Source: Candidatus Doudnabacteria bacterium
Lineage (GTDB): Bacteria > Patescibacteriota > Doudnabacteria > UBA920
Direction: 5' to 3'
DNA: 64,000 nucleotides
NCBI GenBank assembly: GCA_031291995.1
Contig: JARLHZ010000025.1
Location: 156,266 to 220,265 of the forward strand
Part shown: positions 56,155 to 64,000 of the stretch, piece by piece
Layout of the letters: each line of letters begins with the position of its first letter
Numbering within the stretch: position 1 is the stretch's first letter
The notes under the pieces: model-generated
What the model was told of the DNA's origin: nothing
Seen by the model: the letters and a program-made list of their open reading frames with translations, nothing else
The model's database searches: none
Position numbers and translations under genes: made by a program

Positions 56155-57849
56155 TCACACTTTAAGTAATTCCTGCCTTAGCGAAGGACGATTTTTGTAT
56201 TTTTCGGAAAATTCTAAAACGAGCTCATCAACTTTTTCCGGGTTTCCCAGTTTTTTCATTTCACGCAAAACCCGGCAGACTTCCTGATAGGTGGCCCGCC
56301 CGCTTGGATAGCCTAAAGTTTTCCGTATTTCTTTCTCATACATTCCATACAAATCGCCCGGAAACCTTGATACCAAATGTTTGTGATATGCCTGAAGCGT
56401 TTGTAGTGAAGGATATCGCTTAATGGATGAAAGTAATTCTTCCCATAGCTCCTCGCGAATATAAAATTCGTGCATGTCAACGCGGTTCGAATCTTTTTTT
56501 AATGCCGCAACAAGCTTATGTCTTTCTTCGGGCCATTCATCTGTTGAGAAGCTCTTTTTAAAATCATTAAAATATTCCCATTTCCCCGACTCCATAAACA
56601 ACGTCCTGCTCATTGCCCTAATGGTATTAGCATCTTTCTCTATTCTCGCTATTTTATACAGCCATTCCTGCCAGTCAATCACCAAACCTAAGCGCTCCTT
56701 ATCTTGTTTAATACCTTGTTCCGCTAAAATTTTAACCTGTTGGTAGTCTTTTTTAACAAACGCCTTTTCAAGCAGTTTTGTCCGGATATTTGGATAAGTC
56801 GCGTATTGTTCCATGAATTCTTGCACTTCTTTCGACCCATCCTGTTTTTCCATAATTTGCAGCTTTATCTCCAAAGCCTTTTCTGCATCCCAGCTGTCAA
56901 TATATTTTTGGCCGGTTTCTTGTTTTTTGGATATGGATTCGAGCACTTTAAATAATTGTTCCCGACTGGGCTTGTCAGCAACTATATCCGCGGCAATGTC
57001 AAGCAAATTCCATTTCCAGTGCCAGCCTTTATGTCTCTTGTCTTGCGCTTCGTCCAACAAATAATCAAATAATTGCAGGCGTTGATTAATATCGGTCAGT
57101 TTTGTCTCGCAAATATGTAATTGCTCAATTGCAGTTTCAATGCCGCCGCTAATATCGCCATTAGAATCATCGGCGCCGTTAATAGCGTCTACCAACTCTT
57201 CTGTGATAACTTCGTAAATGGGGATTGCTTCCGCTACTTTGTTTTTTTCCACCATTTGATTCGCTTTCACAATTAAGTCATCTACCCCTCGCATGGCTTT
57301 TCCCGATCCCCAATAGTCAATAAACTCGTGCCTGTCCATACCTGCGTGTAAAGATTCCTTGACAATCTGCCGGTAGGCGGAACGACTTTCGGGAGATTCC
57401 GGCGAAACCGTCCGGGCCATTAATTCTGCCCGCATTTGTCGGTCACCTAATGCTTGCTCACGAATAAAATCGATCAGTTCGTTTACCGACATGTTACGTA
57501 ATGCCTGTTCAACTTTTTCCGCTACGGTTGGTTTCCTTTTCGCTTTGCCTTTATTAGACTTTAATTTACCGGCTGGCAATCCGGATTTCGTCAAAGCATA
57601 CAAAACAGCAACCACATGCTTGCATACCGGCCCTAAATCGTACGGACAAGTACAGAAATAATTTTTAAGGTTGTCTTTACCACTCTGGATACTCACTTCG
57701 TAAACCTCATTTCCTTCCACCAAAGCATTCCATTTACCTTCCTCAATTTCCTCCAAATCCCGTACTAAACCATCGCGCCAATATTCCTTGCCGCGTTTTA
57801 CTACTACCCCATCAATTTCTTGTTCAAAATTTCTTAAATTTATAGCCAT
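56155..57849 (-). CDS. SWIM zinc-finger domain protein (564 aa)
   Basis: N-terminal CTCPYDLGPVCKHVVAVLYAL (CxC...CxH SWIM motif), then a long helical region. Confidence 0.65.
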   Translation of the reverse strand: MAINLRNFEQEIDGVVVKRGKEYWRDGLVRDLEEIEEGKWNALVEGNEVYEVSIQSGKDNLKNYFCTCPYDLGPVCKHVVAVLYALTKSGLPAGKLKSNKGKAKRKPTVAEKVEQALRNMSVNELIDFIREQALGDRQMRAELMARTVSPESPESRSAYRQIVKESLHAGMDRHEFIDYWGSGKAMRGVDDLIVKANQMVEKNKVAEAIPIYEVITEELVDAINGADDSNGDISGGIETAIEQLHICETKLTDINQRLQLFDYLLDEAQDKRHKGWHWKWNLLDIAADIVADKPSREQLFKVLESISKKQETGQKYIDSWDAEKALEIKLQIMEKQDGSKEVQEFMEQYATYPNIRTKLLEKAFVKKDYQQVKILAEQGIKQDKERLGLVIDWQEWLYKIARIEKDANTIRAMSRTLFMESGKWEYFNDFKKSFSTDEWPEERHKLVAALKKDSNRVDMHEFYIREELWEELLSSIKRYPSLQTLQAYHKHLVSRFPGDLYGMYEKEIRKTLGYPSGRATYQEVCRVLREMKKLGNPEKVDELVLEFSEKYKNRPSLRQELLKV

Positions 57850-58138
57850 AATATGATATTCCTGCTTTAGCTGCCTTTATAATACCATTTGACGAGATTC
57901 CTTTAAAGCCTCTTTCGGCACCTCAAACCACTCCGGGTTTTCTTTGTAAATTATCCTCAATTTCTGTATATAGCCATCAATAGCCCAATACCAGCGGGGC
58001 TTTCGTGGTTCGAACTTCCGGAGGTCTCCACCGCCACACTTCGCTAAAGCTTCGTGTGGCTTTCAGCCACTCACTTGCAAGGTTTAGCGAAGTGTGTCAC
58101 CCATAGCTTAAGCGACGGGTGACAGTAATGAGTTTAGT

Positions 58139-58375
58139 ATGTACTATGTTTATCTGCTAAAACTATCCAGCGGTAAAATCTACACCGGCTCATCGCCCGA
58201 TTTAAAACGCAGAATCCCTGAGCACGAGAAAGGTAAATGTGAGGCCACAAAAAACTTCCGGCCGTTAAAATTATCTTGGTACTGCGCTTTTGAAACCAGG
58301 CTTCTAGCCAGACAGTTTGAAAACTATCTGAAAACCGGTTCAGGGCAAGCATTTAGAAATAAACATTTTGCTTAA
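58139..58375 (+). CDS. Small GIY-YIG nuclease-domain protein, second copy
   Basis: MYYVYLLKLSSGKIYTGSSPDLKRRIPEHE is the GIY-YIG motif; 78 aa. Confidence 0.7.
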   Translation: MYYVYLLKLSSGKIYTGSSPDLKRRIPEHEKGKCEATKNFRPLKLSWYCAFETRLLARQFENYLKTGSGQAFRNKHFA

Positions 58376-58403
58376 AACACCAATATATATTTGGTGGTTT
58401 TTT
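58374..58403 (+). terminator. Terminator hairpin after GIY-YIG gene (aaaacaccaa-tatatat-ttggtggtttttt)
   Basis: Stem plus T6 run. Confidence 0.6.
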
Positions 58404-58560
58404 CTTACACAAAGGGTAGTGCAAAACCAGAAATGATAAAAATTTCGGCCTTTTACCCATTTTAGCCTTGACTTTTCCGGAGTTTTTGTAAATTTCAAGC
58501 CTTGCCAGCGGTGGGCCTCGTTTTTATGGGCGATAAATATGTACAAGGTTTTTAAATAAC

Positions 58561-58591
58561 AAAACCACCCTTAAATTTTGGGGGTGGTTTT
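58561..58591. terminator. Bidirectional terminator hairpin (aaaaccaccc-ttaaatttt-gggggtggtttt)
   Basis: Perfect stem with A/T runs on both sides. Confidence 0.6.
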
Positions 58592-58620
58592 GTCTATTCC
58601 GATTGCTCGGAAAAGCAAAG

Positions 58621-58683
58621 ACTAGCGGCGCTTCTTTTTGGAAGCAACCTTTTTCTTCTTTGCAACTTTCTTTTTCTTAGCCA
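58621..58683 (-). CDS. Candidate 20-aa poly-lysine micro-ORF (MAKKKKVAKKKKVASKKKRR)
   Basis: ATG with an upstream AGGGAG Shine-Dalgarno-like sequence about 9 nt away on the minus strand; TAG stop. Below the ORF-track cutoff; no homology assignable. Confidence 0.3.
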
Positions 58684-58930
58684 TTGGGCTAGTCTCCCTG
58701 GAAGTCGGACTGATTTTGGTCCGGTCTTCCTTAATTTTCTACCCTGGTATCTTGAAACTTTATGTTTCAAGTGGAGTAGTACTTAATTACTTCATCTCTG
58801 ATCTTGACGCTGATGTCTTGAATAAAATTTTGCGGAACCACAACGCGTCCGGCTTTCGTTCGTATTTCGTTTTAATTTCTGAAGAATATTTTACAAGACA
58901 AATTTATTGTATAACTTTTATTTGTTAGTG

Positions 58931-59626
58931 TCAAGTATTTTTTACACTTAACAATAAATTTTTAAAAAGTTTTTTCGCCGCCGCCGTCTTAATTTTATTT
59001 ATTTCGGTCTGCATGCGCGTCGCGGTAATTTTATTGAGTTCGTTTGCGCAGCTTTGGATAACTTTGTAATCGGATGAATCAATTTTAAAACCTAAGATCG
59101 CGGAAAATCTAAGCGCCCGAATTATGCGCAACGGGTCCTCCAATATCCTATTTAATGGTTTGCCAATAAATTTTATGCGGCGATTTTTTAAATCATTTAA
59201 ACCCCGGTGATAATCTAAAATTTTTCCGCTTTTTGGGTTTAAATATAAGGCATTTATGGTAAAATCCCGTCTTTGACTGTCTATTTTGGGTGTCCCGACA
59301 TAGATCACTTTGGGATAGCGGCCGCGACCCGGGACGTCGCGGCGTAAAGTCGCTATCTCAACTGTAAGTTGGTCTTTGCTTGCAACAACAACCCCAAACT
59401 TTTGAAAGGCATCATTATACAAAATACCGGACCTGGCCAAAATATTTTTGACCTGATCCGGCGTGGAAATGCTGGCTATGTCTATGTCGGTTACCGTTTT
59501 TCCCAAAAGCAAATCCCGCACCATGCCACCGACATAAAAAGTTTGCGAAAAGTTTTCCACAAGCAAATTGAAAACTTTATCACCAAATTTTTCCAGTTCT
59601 GTACTCGGCTTGTAGTTTAGTTTCAT
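58931..59626 (-). CDS. cca: tRNA nucleotidyltransferase / poly(A) polymerase head-domain protein (short CCA-adding-enzyme family member)
   Basis: YVGGMVRDLLLG...DIDIA polymerase-beta-type head motifs. Only 231 aa, so no full body/tail domains. Confidence 0.7.
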   Translation of the reverse strand: MKLNYKPSTELEKFGDKVFNLLVENFSQTFYVGGMVRDLLLGKTVTDIDIASISTPDQVKNILARSGILYNDAFQKFGVVVASKDQLTVEIATLRRDVPGRGRYPKVIYVGTPKIDSQRRDFTINALYLNPKSGKILDYHRGLNDLKNRRIKFIGKPLNRILEDPLRIIRALRFSAILGFKIDSSDYKVIQSCANELNKITATRMQTEINKIKTAAAKKLFKNLLLSVKNT

Positions 59627-59632
59627 TTGTTA

Positions 59633-60055
59633 TTAATGTCTTTTCTGCGAGTGCTTGCGCGCGACTCTTATTCGGCTTTGATTTTTATTTAAAATCGAAG
59701 CGATGACCGTGTACTCTTCCGCCGACATTTTCTTTTTGGCCATTTCATTTTTCGCCCGCTCCACGGCTTCCTCTGCTTTCTTAATATCTATATCGTAATG
59801 ATGTTCCGCGGCGTCGGCCAAAGCTATAACTTCGCTGTTTTTGCGCACCTCTATAAAACCACCCGAAACATGGATAAAATCTTCTTTTCCCTGTCTCTTG
59901 GCAATCAATTCACCCGGAACCAGTGTTGCTACAAGCGGAATATGCCCGGGCAAAACAGTAATCTGTCCCATTTCCGTTGGGCAAGACAAACTGTCCAGTT
60001 CTTCGTTAAGAACCGTGCGTTCGGGGGTGACGAGCTGGAAGTGCAATTTTTGCAT
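59633..60055 (-). CDS. atpC: ATP synthase F1 epsilon subunit
   Basis: LVTPERTVLNEE...VSGGFIEV beta-sandwich plus C-terminal helices. Confidence 0.85.
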   Translation of the reverse strand: MQKLHFQLVTPERTVLNEELDSLSCPTEMGQITVLPGHIPLVATLVPGELIAKRQGKEDFIHVSGGFIEVRKNSEVIALADAAEHHYDIDIKKAEEAVERAKNEMAKKKMSAEEYTVIASILNKNQSRIRVARKHSQKRH

Positions 60056-60061
60056 ATGGCT

Positions 60062-60115
60062 TTCTACTAAATACTAAAAGATACTAAAGATACGAAATAC
60101 TAAACTTGAGATACT
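60062..60115. repeat. Left 54-bp terminal inverted repeat of GxxExxY cassette 1 (tctactaaatactaaaagatactaaagatacgaaatactaaacttgagatacta)
   Basis: The reverse complement of 60535-60588 matches it along its whole length, with a few mismatches. It overlaps the stop codon of the enclosed gene. Confidence 0.8.
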
Positions 60116-60501
60116 ATGTTGACTATTCGTTTACATACCACCCCTGTCTTGGTAAAGTTAGCCAGTATGCCAAGTTTGACATGCTCCAATTTGATATAAT
60201 CACTGAGCTGTTTAATATTTTTTATTCCGAAATTTTCGTGTTTCTTGATCTCCAAGATAATTTTGGCTTCGCCAATTTTGATTAGAAAATCCGCATAATA
60301 AATTCCGATAAACTTTCCCTCGTAATATAGCTTGATTGGATGTTGCTCAACAAAATCAATCCCAGCAAGTTTTAGAGCAATTGCAACAGCTTTTTGGTAA
60401 TGTTTTTCCAATAACTCGCCGCCCAGGTCTTTAAAGACCTTTATCAGAATTCCTACGATTTTATAATATTCATCTTTATAAACCAGGTCTTCCCTTAACA
60501 T
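60100..60501 (-). CDS. GxxExxY-family protein (PD-(D/E)XK nuclease-like), cassette 1
   Basis: YKIVGILIKVFKDLGGELLEKHYQKA N-terminus (GxxExxY motif G-E-L-L-E-K-H-Y); 133 aa. Inserted between atpD and atpC. Confidence 0.7.
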   Translation of the reverse strand: MLREDLVYKDEYYKIVGILIKVFKDLGGELLEKHYQKAVAIALKLAGIDFVEQHPIKLYYEGKFIGIYYADFLIKIGEAKIILEIKKHENFGIKNIKQLSDYIKLEHVKLGILANFTKTGVVCKRIVNIVSQV

Positions 60502-60534
60502 TTTCGTCTATTATTTTTATTTTCGCAAATATCT

Positions 60535-60588
60535 GTACTATCTAAGTTTAGTATTTAGTATATTTAGTATTCTTTCGTATTTAGTAGA
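60535..60588. repeat. Right terminal inverted repeat of GxxExxY cassette 1
   Basis: tactatctaagtttagtatttagtatatttagtattctttcgtatttagtagag is the reverse complement of the left TIR. Confidence 0.8.
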
Positions 60589-60593
60589 GAGGA

Positions 60594-62006
<1,413 letters not shown>

Positions 62007-62019
62007 TTATTAATAGATA

Positions 62020-62310
62020 TTATTGCTCCTTATTTTTTTTCTGAGACCGGCCGTACTTATCCGGATTTTCGTGGAATTCCTTAACCAATTCGTCAACTTT
62101 CTTGCCGACATCCGTGCCTAATATTTCAGCGGTGTAACGTTTGACATCATCAATGTCCTCAGCGATGTGGACAATATAATTATGTGGCACCTTTTGCAGT
62201 CTTGGGTCAAGATTTCTCTCGGGCAATCTGTTTGCAAGAAAACCCATTAACGACGCTTGGTACTCTTCTTCCGGGGTAAAATCCGGTAAATAATCCAAAA
62301 ATTCCGACAT
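62020..62310 (-). CDS. Hypothetical 96-aa protein inserted between atpG and atpD
   Basis: Intact ORF tightly packed (9-nt and 16-nt spacers) between the gamma and beta genes; acidic, lysine-rich tail; no recognisable family. Confidence 0.5.
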   Translation of the reverse strand: MSEFLDYLPDFTPEEEYQASLMGFLANRLPERNLDPRLQKVPHNYIVHIAEDIDDVKRYTAEILGTDVGKKVDELVKEFHENPDKYGRSQKKNKEQ

Positions 62311-62319
62311 AATAATATG

Positions 62320-63195
62320 TTATTCTAATGCTATTTTTCCTGCCGTTATTTCGGCTAATTCAGTAGTAATCTTATTTTGCCTTAACTTGTTGTAAGTCAG
62401 CGTTAAGTCGCTTATTAAATCCCCTGCCGCTTCGGTGGCGTTTTTCATCATGACCATGCGGGCGGATTGTTCGGAAGCTTCGGATTCCAGAATTGTTTGG
62501 TATATTTGCGATTCTATTATGCGCGGCAACAAGCTTTTCATAACCTCTTCGGCCGTAGGTTCAAACAAATATTCGGATTTTTCTTTTTCTTCTTCGGTTT
62601 TCGCGTCCACCGCGTGCTCCACCTGCTTTTCAAACGGCAGAAGCTGTTTTACCGTGGGCTTTTGCGCCAGGGTGGAAACAAAATGGTTATAGTAAATAAA
62701 AACTTTTTCGTATTTCCCGGAGTTATATAAATCGGCAATAAATTCCGCAATCGGGGCAATATCGGTCGTGGTTATTACCCGGTCAAACTTTTCAAAATCC
62801 GCCACAACTTCTTTATGGGTTTTAACCATCACATCGCGCCCCTTGCGCCCGTAAGTAATAAAGTCCGTATCTAAACCTCTTTGAGCGGTGCTTTGCAGAA
62901 CCATGTTCAATAAATTAGTGTTGAGGCTTCCGACCATGCCGCGGTTAGACGACAAGACCAATACGGCTACTTTTTTCGCATCGGGATAAGTTTTAAGCAA
63001 ATCGGCCATAACCTGTTCCGTGGAAGACAAGTTTAAAATTAATTCCCAAGCCAAAGTGGAATACGTGCGGCTCTTTAAAGTCGCGTCCTGGCTCTTGCGC
63101 ATCTTAGCCGCGCTCACCATTTGCATAGCCCGCGTCACCTTGCGAGTGCCGCCGATGCTTTTTATTCGAGTTTTTAATTCCTTAATTCCGGGCAT
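62320..63195 (-). CDS. atpG: ATP synthase F1 gamma subunit
   Basis: MPGIKELKTRIKSIGGTRKVTRAMQMVSAAKMRK N-terminus and the C-terminal helix ...ITTELAEITAG. Confidence 0.9.
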   Translation of the reverse strand: MPGIKELKTRIKSIGGTRKVTRAMQMVSAAKMRKSQDATLKSRTYSTLAWELILNLSSTEQVMADLLKTYPDAKKVAVLVLSSNRGMVGSLNTNLLNMVLQSTAQRGLDTDFITYGRKGRDVMVKTHKEVVADFEKFDRVITTTDIAPIAEFIADLYNSGKYEKVFIYYNHFVSTLAQKPTVKQLLPFEKQVEHAVDAKTEEEKEKSEYLFEPTAEEVMKSLLPRIIESQIYQTILESEASEQSARMVMMKNATEAAGDLISDLTLTYNKLRQNKITTELAEITAGKIALE

Positions 63196-63200
63196 ATTTG

Positions 63201-63224
63201 TAGAAGCGAATTTGACGCGAAATT
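63201..63224. repeat. Left TIR of GxxExxY cassette 2 (tagaagcgaatttgacgcgaaatt)
   Basis: Matches the reverse complement of 63690-63713 (tagaagcgaatttgtcgcgaaatc) at 22/24 positions. Confidence 0.75.
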
Positions 63225-63245
63225 ACACGCGACTTTGACGCAAAC

Positions 63246-63659
63246 TTATTTATTCCTTGCTAAATCGTAAATTCTTCTTCTTATTTCCAATTTTTCGGGG
63301 TCAAAGTTTATAAGAAAGCCTAACTTGTAACTTGTGGCTTTAAAATAGTACCAAAATTGTTTCTCATCTGCCTTAGTTATAAATGGTTTGTTTTTTACTT
63401 CAACTAGTATTGCCTCATTCCCCACTTTATCCGGGACGTACGTACCAACCTTAGCGCCTTCAAAATAAATATCTATTCTTTTTTGGGACTCTACCTGTAA
63501 GCCTTGTTTTTCTAATGCGATTGTAAGAGCTTTGTCTACCACCGATTCTTTAAAGGCACCGCCAAACTGTTTATATACTTCACGACATGCGGCAACAATT
63601 TTGTAGCTTTCGTCAGGGTATAATAGATCCTTGTTGCGAATTTCTGGCCGGTTATCCAT
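63246..63659 (-). CDS. GxxExxY-family protein (PD-(D/E)XK nuclease-like), cassette 2
   Basis: YKIVAACREVYKQFGGAFKESVVDKAL N-terminus; 137 aa; paralog of 60100-60501. Inserted between atpA and atpG. Confidence 0.7.
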   Translation of the reverse strand: MDNRPEIRNKDLLYPDESYKIVAACREVYKQFGGAFKESVVDKALTIALEKQGLQVESQKRIDIYFEGAKVGTYVPDKVGNEAILVEVKNKPFITKADEKQFWYYFKATSYKLGFLINFDPEKLEIRRRIYDLARNK

Positions 63660-63689
63660 ATTTTCGCTTCGCGTTAATTTCGCTTAGCA

Positions 63690-63713
63690 GATTTCGCGAC
63701 AAATTCGCTTCTA
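63690..63713. repeat. Right TIR of GxxExxY cassette 2, overlapping the atpA stop codon
   Basis: See 63201-63224. Its last three bases (cta) are the rc TAG stop of atpA. Confidence 0.75.
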
Positions 63714-64000
63714 TTTAATCGTCTGCACAAAGTTTTCAATCGCGGTTTTCAATTTCGCTTCGGTCGATTCTGATAACTCTTTAGTAGTCGCGATTTCCGA
63801 CAACACATCTTTCGCGTTCGTTGCCATATACTGGTGGAACTTTGTTTCGGTCTCGGCCATTTTATCCACGGGAATTTGATTGAAATAACCGTTGTTGACC
63901 GCGTACAAAATAGTCACTTGTTTTTCCAAAGAGAAAGGACGGTACTGTCCCTGTTTTAAAACTTCGGTCATTCTGCGTCCGAGGTCCAGCGTGCGCTGGG
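63711..64000 (-). CDS. atpA: ATP synthase F1 alpha subunit, C-terminal part (gene continues beyond window end)
   Basis: The reverse frame is open to the window edge: ...QRTLDLGRRMTEVLKQGQYRPFSLEKQVTILYAVNNGYF... matches the conserved alpha-subunit C-terminal region (TELLKQGQYSP...). Confidence 0.85.
   Translation of the reverse strand, partial: QRTLDLGRRMTEVLKQGQYRPFSLEKQVTILYAVNNGYFNQIPVDKMAETETKFHQYMATNAKDVLSEIATTKELSESTEAKLKTAIENFVQTIK

Noticed and set aside
57990-58032. ggttcgaac...ggaggtctccacc resembling a tRNA T-arm/acceptor 3' end (possible att site next to GIY-YIG gene)
   Set aside because: I could not build a 5-bp T-stem or complementary acceptor strand around it; no upstream D or anticodon arms; likely chance.
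58638-58928. Track ORF 58638-58928 (+, 96 aa, MEATFFFFATFFFL...)
   Set aside because: Low-complexity Phe-rich translation of an AT-rich spacer containing terminator hairpins; no coding signal.

Overview
This 64 kb window is compact and gene-dense, with more than 60 protein genes, three tRNAs and almost no spacer. The gene content and architecture look like a Candidate Phyla Radiation / Patescibacteria-type chromosome; this is my inference from gene content, not a database result.

The core is housekeeping genes:
- Translation: tsf (partial), rpsB, rpmE, prfA, prmC, rplY, rplU, thrS, cysS, serS, lysS, pheS, map, a CCA-adding enzyme fragment, initiator tRNA-fMet, an elongator tRNA-Met/Ile2(CAT) and tRNA-Asp.
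- Replication and repair: dnaE, dnaB, recR, gyrB, greA, rmuC, and a UvrD/AddA-like helicase-nuclease.
- Nucleotide metabolism: two adenylate-kinase paralogs and an archaeal-type pyrH.
- Energy: an F1-ATPase operon on the minus strand, atpA (partial)-atpG-atpD-atpC.

On top of this core:
- A nine-gene membrane glycosylation cluster (26054-35153): a WecA/MraY-like phosphotransferase, YfhO, a GT2 enzyme and two ArnT/PMT-like GT39 enzymes.
- A pilin gene.
- A PIN/NYN/helicase-nuclease cluster.

The most unusual content is noncoding. At least four unrelated families of palindromic, terminal-inverted-repeat (TIR) MITE-like repeats occupy intergenic spacers.

Five very small nuclease genes each sit inside their own inverted-repeat-flanked or hairpin-associated cassette. 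Two encode GxxExxY/PD-(D/E)XK proteins and two encode GIY-YIG proteins. Two of the cassettes, plus an extra 96-aa hypothetical gene, are inserted between the genes of the ATP synthase operon. An 0.8 kb segment bounded by perfect 18 bp direct repeats abuts the dnaE stop codon.

Other points of interest:
- A phased GATATT iteron-like array.
- A structured greA leader.
- A stand-alone CTP-synthase-type glutamine amidotransferase domain.
- A stand-alone PheT-type tRNA-binding domain next to pheS.
- A 20-aa poly-lysine micro-ORF.
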